Origin: Klebsormidium nitens
Lineage: Eukaryota; Plantae; Klebsormidiophyceae
Assembly: GCA_000708835.1 (NCBI GenBank)
Contig: DF236967.1
Coordinates: forward strand, 124,001-188,000
Length of the DNA stretch: 64,000 bases
Reading direction: 5' to 3'
Positions 1-10,594 of this stretch are shown in pieces. Both the position numbers and the translations under genes were made by a program. The notes under the pieces were generated by a model, which saw nothing but the letters and a program-made list of their open reading frames with translations, searched no databases and had not been told where the DNA came from. Each line of letters begins with the position of its first letter. Position 1 is the stretch's first letter.

Positions 1-143
1 GTCGCTGGTCAAGGTAGGCATCACAATCAATCATGTTTACAAAACTGCAACAAAACCCTCCAATCAACTGACACCAAATCCAGCCGCAACCAGAGCACCA
101 AAACAATCTTTAGCCATGACAGAAGTCCCCGGTGCAGGCTTAC

Positions 144-3100
144 GTGTAGAGCATGGCGTTCTCCGCGTCTTCGAAGGGGTCGCTCTCGTCGCCCGGCTCG
201 AAGGCCTGCTCGAGCGCGCGGTAGCGCTCCTGCGGGTCGTCGATGGTAATCAGGTAGCGCAGGATGCGCACCTCCTTGGGCAGGTACATCTGCTGGCTCT
301 GCTGCGCCTTGAAGTACATGTGCGCCATGATGTCCTTCACCTGCGGGGAGGAGGCACACCACACTAGTTGGTCAGTACGGCCAGAAGCAACCGTCACTGT
401 CACCGTCAATGATTTGAAGTAATTTAGGACGTCATGTCTACTGGCATGCGCTATGATATTCTTCACCTGCAAGGCGAAACAACACCACACTAGTGGTTCA
501 CCGGGGGCCAGGAAGACACGACAGCCACTTGCTCTCAAGAGATTGGGTCGTCATGACCAAGAAGAGGGTAAGAGGGTGCGCGCGCGTTTTCAAGGAAGAC
601 GCGTTAGGACGGAGACAGTTCTTTGAATACAAACAAGTAGACCATCACGCCCTCAAAACGAGGAGGTAACCTAGGTTCAGAGAGATCCAGTGGCGCTCAG
701 CATGTTCTAAATTACGGCACTGCCTCTTCTGAGCAGTGTGATGAGGAGAGGTCGGTGTGAGAGGGGAACATGTCTGTGTTGACCCACTCCTGAAAGCGAA
801 ACCGCAATCTCTGGTAACAAACGGCGGAAAATAGTGTTGACGCCGGGCCTCGACCTAGCCACGTCCCCACATTGGCAGGAAACTGCCCGCAGGGGTTGAG
901 GTCGCCAAAGTGCTGGGTGCTATTTCCAAGCAAAGCTGCTCTCACAAGCCACGATAGCCCAGTGTCGCCACGACAAGACCTGCACTTTATTACATTGCGA
1001 CTCTAGCTCATGCGCTCACCATCTAAGAAAGGACGAAATCTTTGATATCCTGGCCTCCAGTTTGCTCCTGTCGGTGTTTGAAACCAAGTAAGACCACCTT
1101 CCGTCAAAAAGCGACCGCTGATTGACCTCCTACCCTCGCTACACCTCCCAGCTTCACACGACGAAAACGAGAGTCGTCAACACTAACCTCGTCCCTAACC
1201 AGGTTCGTGTCCTTGGCCGCGCAGTACGCCTTGGACATGGTTAGCAGGAGCGCGGGGTCTAACCCGCCGGTTTGCGCGAGCTGGTCGATTTTGCTGTCCA
1301 GCGTGGAAAGGTCGGGGGAGTCGAGCAGGCCCAGGAACTTTTCTTCCGCTTTGAGCATCAGCGCTTCGTCCTTCTGAATGTTGTCGTGTACCTGGATCGC
1401 TGTGACCAGCTTCGCCGACAGGTTCACGAGCTCTGCGCAGGTTAGCGGGAAAGTGGGTTAGAAGGGTTGGAAAACGCTAGCTTGACGAACTGGATAACAA
1501 AATCCGCCGAGGTTAGTCGAGAGTGGGTTAGCGGCAGTCGCAGCTTACGAAAGATAATGACGAGCTGTGCAAAGGGTAGCGGGAAAGTAAATCAAGAGGG
1601 GTTTAGTGACTACGCAGGGACACCTCGAAAGGATTAACTAGCAGACTTGCTGAAGTTCTTACTTTGCTGAGCGGCTCCGCAAATGACAGCGCAAAAAGGT
1701 TCTCAAGCTCACGAATGAGCGTCACCAACTTCGCCGACAACTTGGTGGGCTCTAGGATGTCAGGACTGGCGGCAATTGAGGAGGAAGACAGGGCGAAGAG
1801 AAGGTATGAAGGAATAAAGACACGTAAGGGTTTTTGCAAACATCGAATGGGACAGAACACCAGAAAGAGGTGGCAGAGTGACTGGATTTGAACGGGCTTA
1901 ACAAACCCAAGAAAGATGTACTTCCTAGTGTAGCATCAAATAACGAACGCTCCTTGAGAAAAGACACCACAGTTAAAGAGAATGAGCACCTCAAACGGCC
2001 CTTCAAATCAGCCGGACAGGTCTGTGCATCTGAACATGGTCGGCAGACAGAAGCGCAGCATTGTCCATGAGACTAACGTCACCAAGACATCGGAGGTAGC
2101 CAAGGAGAGACTCTCAAGACAAACCGAGACACGTCCATTTATCGTTAAAATCGTCAAAAACGACATCCGAGTATGACAGCAAGGAACGATCAAGCACAGG
2201 AGTGACCTGTTCCTGGGCTGAGAACAGCAACTGACAACGCAAGCATTACAGATTCTGTCAGCAGTTCCCTCATTCCGCATCATGGTTGGTCAGCACGGGT
2301 GACTCAGCTAGAGCTAATATTTTGTAATCATGGGGAACTGCGACGGTCCAAAATCAAAGGCATTCTGCGAAAATGCACGCTTTTCAAAGGAAACATGGTC
2401 GTAATCTGTTCATCCCTCACAGCACAGTCCACTTCTCCAGGGCAAACGAATGGGGACAAAAGCTCGAAAGAGGAAACAAAAGAAAACATGATTTCCGTAA
2501 ACAACCGGGTAAGAACAGACAACAGTCAATGCAAGCAATACAATTTTGCCAGCAGTTCCCTCATTCCGCATCATGGTTGGTCAGCACAGGTGACTCAGCT
2601 AGAGCTAATATTTTATAATCATGGGGAACTGCGACGGTCCAGAATCAACAGCATTTTCCAAAGTAGCACGCTCTTCAATGCGGACGTAATCGTCAACTCT
2701 TCATCCCTCACAGCACAGTCCACTTCTCCAGGGTTCTGAATAGGGACCAAAAGCTCAAAAGGAAAACTTGCTTCTCATTGGACAACCGGGTAAACTCAAG
2801 AAGGGCGCGGGCCAGGTCTTGACTCATCAAAGCGAATCTCGTGCACATACGCCAAGCCCACTGAAAACTCCTCGAAATCGCATTGCCGCACCTTACCCTG
2901 CTGCCCTCATTAGAGCAAGGCACGCCCTGCAGTACCAGTCTTGGGCTCCGACAATCACAGTCAAGTGGACAACAAACAGCCTAGAAGTGTAAACGCACCG
3001 TCCCGCCTGCCCAGCTCGTTGAACTGGCTGTCGGCCCGGATCCTGATGTGCTGGAAGAAGTCCTGCGTGAACTCCTCCCTCCGCCGCACGACCATGCTGT

Positions 3101-4839
3101 TCCAGTCTGTCTCGGCCTCCACCTCTGCCAACAGCTTATCGTGCGCAGCCATCTCGTCCTCCACCTAAAAGCACAACGGGAGTTCGTTTTGTTGTTTTTG
3201 CATGTTGCTGAAACTGCGCAGCTGACTTCATGCTTGAGCATGTTCAACATCCATGGAGGTATGAGCGTGTCCAGCTTGAGAGGCGAATCCAGCAGCAGTA
3301 AACAAGGCACCAGAAAGGTGGTAGTAGATGGTCGTGCAAGATCGTAAACCAGGAGAGCAGATCATGCACCAGTTGAAGGAAGAGACCTGCGAAGATCTCA
3401 CCAGGGTGTCCATGAATCAGGGCGAGAGAGAACCGCTCCCGAAACAGCCTAAAGTAGAAAGCCTCCACTGAAAGCCAAAGCTCCTTCACGCCCGTCACCC
3501 TCACCTTGTTGAGCCTCCTCTGCAGGCTGTACAGTTGCAGCGCGTACTCAGGGTTCCCGTCGTCCTCTGCTTCCTTGGCGCGCCGCTTGACGTGCGTGTA
3601 GAACTTGGGTCGGATGCTGGCCCACTCGCTGCTCAGCGCCAGCAGCCGCTTCCAGTCCGCCACCTCCGGCTTCTCCACCGTGAACACCGCAATCAGCTTG
3701 TCGCACACGTCGCGCAGCGTGCGCGACCCGTACATCGGCTCCCCTCCCTCGTCCCCGTCCAAAGGCTCGTCCGGAACTTCTTGTTCCGGTCTGACACTGT
3801 CCGAAGGCATCTGGTTGCTTCCTGATGGGCTTGACTGCTTAACCGAAGATGACTGGTTGCTTCCAGATGATTCCGGCGGCTCGTCCGAGAGCGTTTGGGC
3901 GTGCTGATCTTGCCCGCTGGGCCCCGCATGGGCGCCATTTGCGATGCGCTCCGCATTTTGCTGCTGTGTTGCTTCGTCTTGGGGCTGCTGGTGGTTGGAA
4001 GAAGAGGGGGTGGTGTGATTCTCAGGGGAGGTGGCAGATCCGGGGGTTGGCGGGGCAGACTGTGGAAGGGAGTTGACCTGAGGCGCTGATTCGCTGTGCT
4101 CAGCACTTTGCTGTGGAACTGCAGCAGCCAAAAAGCGTTGTCACGAAATTGATTTGTCCTTCTAAGCACTGGCGGTGTTATTGCCTGGCCGGCAACTTCT
4201 GACAGCGGAAAAGCCTAGCAAAGAGTCCGGGCGCCAGATCCCAAGGACTTACAGAAAAGCTCCAGTTCCCTCAGACTCCATTCTGAGGCGGAGTCTTCAC
4301 TGAAAAGGGAGAATATAACTCTAAGTGGAGTTGCCAAACTCTCCAAGAAAGAATCGAGCTCAATCTTGGCTTTTCTTGTAACGGAATGCTATCCAGCCGC
4401 TCAACCACCCATCCATCGCTGCATTGAAGGAAAGCGAGTCGCAGAACACTTTCTTTAGATGCCGCCTCCTCCAACATCACCACCCGCAACAGTGGAGTGC
4501 CTTCAAAACAGGAACCATTACCGCGCACTTAAGTAGGACAATCAAGAACTTGACAACATCAGCATCCCAAGAGACCACCACTGCCTCACCATTCAAAACG
4601 CCCAAATGCTCGCTCTCCGCACCAGCCCGCAAGCTTGCAGCACGTCCTTTCCTGAATGGTTGCAGGTCCGGCAATAAAGGCAGCGCCAGCCCGCCTTGCC
4701 ACTCTCTGCCGCTGTATAAAAGAGGCATTGGCACTGGAGGAAGTCTGAACCCTGCTGCATGACCAATCCGCTGCCGCTGCAACAGACCGCATGAGAAGGC
4801 CCCAACCTGGGCGCCACTGCACACCACCGCTGTCACCAT
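144..4839 (-). CDS. CDB1 / At4g37920-At1g36320 family chloroplast protein, 3' end runs off the window
   Basis: Phase-consistent exons 4623-4839 (transit-peptide-like), 3505-4118, 2999-3164, 1188-1432, 144-340, all GT-AG. Motifs CDKLIAVFTVEKP..DWKRLLALSSEWASIRPKFY, RRREEFTQDFF, LDPALLLTMSKAY, PKEVRILRYLITIDDPQE match my recollection of this plant family. Exon 144-340 ends at a GTAAG donor. Confidence 0.85.
1663..1751 (-). other. Candidate duplicated alternative/vestigial exon inside the CDB1-like intron
   Basis: CCTAG acceptor and GTAAG donor bound 89 nt reading (E)PTKLSAKLVTLIRELENLFALSFAEPLSK. It resembles the start of exon 1188-1432 (ELVNLSAKLVTAI) and has the same phases (1 in, 0 out). 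Confidence 0.45.
2222..2795. repeat. Two-copy ~291-bp direct tandem repeat in an intron
   Basis: cagcagttccctcattccgcatcatggttggtcagcac.. starts at 2259 and again at 2550; similarity continues to caaccgggtaa in both copies. Confidence 0.9.
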
Positions 4840-5367
4840 GTCTTCCGCAGATCGTCAATCTTCGGGGGTCTCGTCACAGTGCCTCTCAAAGGCTTCTGTC
4901 AAACGCGCTTCTGTAACCTCACGAGTCACCGCCCTAGGCTGAGCGCTCTCCTCATAAGTCTGAGCACTGGAGAAGGTGGCAACTTACGGTACGAACAAGG
5001 TTGACATCAGTGCTGCCACGTAGGTTGGTCGCGTTACATTTGTTGACTCTGAATCGTAGATCATTCGATCCGACGGTCACGAGGCCTTCAAGGCTCAAGG
5101 CGGTGTTTCCGAGTCCTTGGCAGCTTGGTCTGCTGCTGGTCGCTGCTGGTATGCACATGTTTGCAGGTTTCAATTATCTTTCGAGCGGCTTTGTATTCCC
5201 GAGATACACAACCTCGAGCTGACCGGGGTTGGATCAATCTCCATCAAGCTTATTTAGAGGATGTTCAAAACCCATGACGTGCGTTGCCACTGTGTACGTT
5301 AAGGGAATCATATCCTGGACCCGGACTTCAGCTATGAAGGTTCCATTTTGACAGAAGTAAATGTTGT

Positions 5368-5988
5368 TTAGAACAAGTAACCGCTTGAAAGATAAGTAGT
5401 CATGTTACGCCTGCAAACGCACCCATTGCTGACTCGCTTCATAATATCATGAGGCAAACGGTAAACTATCCTTCGTATCTTCCAAATATTATGATGTTGC
5501 TCATCAGTCAGTAGTATGTATGCCGTTCTGAGGTTCGCGACCCCAAACCAGGGACGGATGGCAAACAGTCCTACACTAAGCCCATCCGTCGAGCTCCTTT
5601 GGAGTTGGCGACCGGGTTCGCTCCGCGCACTCCCGCGGGCGAAAGAGCGGAAGATCTTCGGCAAAAGACCAAGTCGGATTGGGCTGACAATTGGCTCAAT
5701 AAAACCTAAACCGAAGCGGCGCCTAGTGCTTACACGTACTTCCTGCATACCCTGTAATCTGTTGAGAAGCTGGTTTGGAACGCCGTTAAAAGTAGATTGA
5801 TTTACGAGGCTCTCGTCCGGTTGCTGGTCTTGAGGAAGCGGCAGGGCATAAGCACGATGCATTAAGGTGCGTATATATGACCTTTGGTTTTCAAAGCCGA
5901 GACAAATACATTCGATTCGAGTCGTGACAAGACCGAGTTTTGGTCTTGTTACTCTACATCTTGTGCTATCTCTTCGTAATCTCTGCAT
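5368..5988 (-). CDS. Unassigned 206-aa ORF
   Basis: Long open frame between the CCCH-ART stop and the CDB1-like start; no motif recognised. Confidence 0.25.
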   Translation of the reverse strand: MQRLRRDSTRCRVTRPKLGLVTTRIECICLGFENQRSYIRTLMHRAYALPLPQDQQPDESLVNQSTFNGVPNQLLNRLQGMQEVRVSTRRRFGLGFIEPIVSPIRLGLLPKIFRSFARGSARSEPGRQLQRSSTDGLSVGLFAIRPWFGVANLRTAYILLTDEQHHNIWKIRRIVYRLPHDIMKRVSNGCVCRRNMTTYLSSGYLF

Positions 5989-6202
5989 AAGCGAACGCTT
6001 AATCTGTTGACCATCTCACCCTGATTGGGCGGTCCGACGTCGAATCTTATCAGTCCCTCTCATGGTCTTTGAAGGACAGATCCACTTGCACCGGCGTAGG
6101 AGCTGATCACCCCCTTCTGGCCGGTTCAGCATCCATCACCTAAGGTGTCTCGTTAGCGTCGCGGTGGAAGACCTTCTTATTTCCGAAGCGCGCCTGGCTT
6201 CT

Positions 6203-8606
6203 TTAGTTTGTTGCTTTGACGGCTGGCTGGTCGCTGCTCCCGACTGCAAGCCCCGAGCCTGCCGCTGCACTCCGAAACAAACCACGTGAATTCCCGAACG
6301 GCCGCTTGAACGCCCTTCGCCGGTGCCCTTCTTCCTTTGAACGTCCTGTTGGCCCAAAGCAGAACCACCGGTGAGGCACGGAAACTTTGGTCGATGCACC
6401 GCCCCCGTTGCTCGCCGCCGGAAAGGGGCTCCCGTCCGAAGACCCCCCCGCACCGTCCGCATCCGCAGTCCCTGCGCTCGAGCTCGCCACCGGATTGGTC
6501 AGCGAAGTTGTCGTGGTCGAAGGCTGCAGCGGGGCCGAACTCACGCTTTGGCTCGGGGCCCCGCTCTGGTTAGTACTCGGATAAGCACTTGGGTTAGCAT
6601 TGGAACTCGCACTCTTGTTAGAGGTCAGCTGGTTAGCGGTTGGGTTTGCGGTGCCGGCACGCTGCGGGTTGAGCGAGGGGGACCCCGGAGACAACACCGT
6701 GAACTCGATCAGATACGCGGGGTACGCTTGGTGATCCTGGAACACGACGAAGATGTCTGGGTTGAATTCACTATCCACCACGGAGTCAAACCGGGCATAC
6801 CCCGGCGCTCTTTCGGTCTTCACCACGGGGGGGGATCCCCCTCGGGGCGTCGACGTCCACGTGCCCACCAGGACCTGCGCCAGGAACATGCGCTGCACCC
6901 CGTCCTCGTCCGGATCGCAGTACTGGACGGAAACGGACGGAGTCCGCGCGAAGTAGCAGCCCGGGCCGAACGCGCAGCGGCGCGAGAAGGAGCGGTCGAA
7001 GCCGACGGCGGCGATGCGCTCGGCGGCGTCGGCGGAGGTGCCGTGGAAGAGCCAGCGCTCGCCGCCGACCTTGGCGCGCGTGAGCGCGTAGTAGTCGTAC
7101 TCGTCCGGGTTCTGGACGCGCAGGATGCGGCGGACGGCCGCCGGAAAGCCGGACGGGATGACGTCACCTGCAGGGAGCGGATGGAGAGGGAATCTTAATA
7201 GACTTCTAGGGTCGTGACTGGAAGCTCGACATCTTAACATTAGAGCGAGCATGGATCTGGAATGGCTGATTATAAAAGCGGGACAGAGTGAGTAAGGAGC
7301 CCAGAGATCGAAGTAGTCCTTGCCGTGTGTTTCCCACATGCGAAACATCAGTGGGCAAGACACTGAACATTTGACTCTACCACGGGCCTTTTGCATCTTC
7401 GGAAGCAATCGGCCGCACACAAAAACTCAGAGCACGTGGTCTGTTACTAAAGACAGAGCTCAATTGCAGTAATCCGCTCCCAGACGCGTACGTCATCCTT
7501 CGTTCGACAAGCATGAAAAACGAGACAGAACGCAAACGCGCACATAGCCAGCAGACTGAAGTACCGGTTTCAGTTGTTCGAAAGGCGGAATTATTCGTCA
7601 AAGCAGCACCTACCTTGACCAATGAATTGGCTGAAGACCAGGTTGTACTCCTCGCTACCTTCAGGCAGCGGCTTCGTGACTACCCGTTGAGTCCCGTTCA
7701 ATCCAAGCTCCCAGAATTTTGGGTACCTGAATTGAGTTCGAATCTGGTTTAGGAAATTTGTTCTGAACCAGCAAAATGACTTCTCAAGAAGCTCTCATAT
7801 TCGAACCTTCCTACTTTCGCAGCTTGCAATACAGCTGCCGGTCTTTAACAATTCCTGCCAGAGGAAGGTAGGGCGAGATCTAAGGTTCTGGCCAAGACAA
7901 GGTATGAGGCTGACAATTTCAACCCGGAGACATTGAAAGACATTGCACACGGAACGAGAACAGGTAGACCCGACGATCATGTTCGGCTGGGTTTTTTTAG
8001 GCGTTGAGGACGGCGCAGAAATAAGCTTTCAACACCAACTTTTGGTTTGCAATTGCTGTACAGAATTTTGCTCCGATTGAGGATTCAAAGGAACTTCGAA
8101 GCATGTGAAGCAAGGAATGCCATCTTCTCCTCAGTTTCTTACCCCTTTTGCTGCATCTGTTCGAAGCTCCGCTGCTCCTCTGCCGTCTCCGCCTCAGCCG
8201 CCTTTCCGCTCAGGAACGCCAGCTCGTATTCCGCCCGGCTGAGCGCCCGGCACTTCTCCGCTGAGCTGTGAGCCAGCGGACAGACTGCTCTCACCCGAAC
8301 GTCCTTCCTGCACGCGGCCTTCACGCAGAGAAACGTCCGGTACCGTACCGGATGGTACTCCTGCTCCGTCACAGTGTGGGCGTATTTACACTGTTCTCCT
8401 TGGGGGCAGCCTTCGAACTGCGCCGGGCATGCGACGGGCAGGTAAAAGTGTGAATACGGGTCGCGCCTCTGCTGAGCTGCGGTGTGGTAATCTGGACAAG
8501 CGCGGCCGCGGGGGCATTTCCCCTTGCGCTGCATGAAGGGGCAGGGCCGCGTGTAAAGTGCAGTGTAGTTGCTGTTGTGCTTCTGAGCCTTGTGACTCGC
8601 AGCCAT
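6203..8606 (-). CDS. Unkempt/TZF-type tandem CCCH zinc-finger + PARP12-like (H-Y-I) ADP-ribosyltransferase, ~513 aa
   Basis: Exons 8143-8606 (phase 2 GTAAG donor), 7614-7726 (YPKFWELG..LPEGSEEYNLVFSQF) and 6203-7167 join in frame (1542 nt). ART motifs: LFHGT, FGPGCYFA..S..Y, MFLAQVLVG, DSVVD..NPDIFVVF..QAYPAYLIEF. Three CCCH fingers with RRDP and EQEYHPVRYRT linkers. The C-terminal low-complexity tail end is less certain. Confidence 0.85.
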
Positions 8607-10594
8607 GCCCTCTCGTTTGGAGCTTGACTACGAGAGAGCGGAGGGTTTCACAGGAGATCCTAAATTTCTGACTTGAGCTACTTATGACCAACTATTCGAC
8701 TCTGTTGCATCCTCCATGAGGTCATGGGGCAGCTTAGCTTCGACCTGACAAATGGGACAAATGCACTTCCTTCTGCAATGACCATTGGTTCGAGGAAGAT
8801 TTACAATCTGTCAAAGATGTTGCACGTTTTCATGGTCTTTAATTAGCAGGGAAAAGGCAGCTCATTCCGCCGCGAGTCCTATGCAAAGCGGCATGCAGTT
8901 TGCGCCCCCAAACCGAATCAAGCTAAGACAATTTATCTAGAAACAACCACTACAGTTAGGCAGCCTGGCGAGATTGTGAGGATCATCGACGGCAGAAAGA
9001 AAGACGAGCATTCAATATGTACCTGGCTGAGGGTGGAACGTCAGAGAGCTCTCAAGAGATGCTGATTGCATGAGGTGATGCTGCGAAGTCTTCTGCTGGG
9101 CTTCGACGCTGCATGGGCGCTGCATGGCGTGTAGTGACCTCACCATGATCGATCCGCGTACATACTAGCCTTGGCACCATCGAAGAGCCGTGACAATCGG
9201 GTGCCATCGAAGTCGGCGCACTTGATCAAGACTCTGAGACGAACGGAAAGGTGAAAAGCGCTGCGCCTAGCATTTGCGATGGCGGGCGGTCGCGGGGTCG
9301 CCGGCGCGGCCGCCCGGGTCATCCGCTGCGCGCCTCGCGGACTACAATAGGTTAGCTTACCTGAACACGAGGTTAGAAAAGTTAGCTTCAACAGCTTGCC
9401 GCTGCTTGCAGCTCACAACTTTTCTGGCAGCAATTCCAGCATTGCGTTCTGGAGAGCTGGAGAGGAGACCAAACCTTTGATCTGGTACGCCCACATGCTA
9501 GCTTGTGGCCCTCATGAAGGTGTCAGATAGACGAGCTATTGATGGCCTTCTTGTTTGGGACTCTGCTTTCACCACGCTGAAAGCTGTACAAGGAACGTAT
9601 ATTGACTTAGAAGAAAGTAGCGGGCGTCAATCACTTTCACCCACAAAGCCGTGACCTTCGTCGCTTGCAAGGAGGGTTGCATTTGCAGCGCCCGCAAAGA
9701 CAGCGCGAGTCATTTAGCAGTGGTGCTGGCCTGCAGCTTTTGTATGTAGCTTCTCCCCTGCGTATTGCTTTCTCTCAAGTGGAGCTAGAGGAGCTGATTG
9801 CAGCAAAAGGCCAAGAGCAAAGCAGAAAGAAGCACACCAGGGGTACATACTGGCCGCAGATCAAAGCCCCAGTCAAGTCCCGATGCCTCTCCTACGATCA
9901 ACCACTAGTTTGGGGACAGACAATCAAGTGTGTTGGCTGGTTTGCAAAACTAGCAGGTGCACTTCATGTAAGTCCCAAGGGCCACATTGTGCTCTTGGGA
10001 AAGTGAAACACCAAAACGAAGGACAACGTGAACGAGACCACATCTTATTTGGTGGCGACAGAGTACGATGATTAGCTTTTCAATTGAGCTCCCTTTCATT
10101 CATTTATTGCAGCCTAGACCAGAACAAATCTGCGTCCTTGAGGACTTGAAGAGGAGTTGACCCTGCGCAGCCTTCTGAACTTTCAACATAAGATCTTCCA
10201 ATCACAAGAAACTAGCTCAAGTTGCAGCCACATGCCCAATAGACCTTTTCAAATCAACAAGGTGTAGATGCTGACCAGCTCAATGAAAGAGCTGGCTTGG
10301 AATTTCGACTAACAATAGTTGCCAGGAAATTCACCTTGTTCCTCTTTAGAAGCTTGCACACCCTAGCTAGTCATTCCTGATCAAGACCTTACACCAATGA
10401 TCACAGGTAAACTGATTCTGGGAGAATGCAAAGAAACATACTCTGTGTCCAAGGTGCGTCCTCAAGGGTGTCCTGCTTCTCAAACAACCACTTCTGCAAG
10501 GCCCCTTGGCAAGCTTCGACTATCAAGAGCAGACTTTCTTCGGATTATCTAGTGAGCTTTATTGTGAATACTTGTACACTTTTGTTTTATACAG

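Noticed and set aside
2299-2739. 146-aa ORF with an internal peptide repeat
   Set aside because: Explained by the intronic 291-bp tandem duplication, antisense to the host gene.
6371-7198. 275-aa + strand Arg-rich ORF
   Set aside because: Antisense to the ART exon; low complexity with no motifs.
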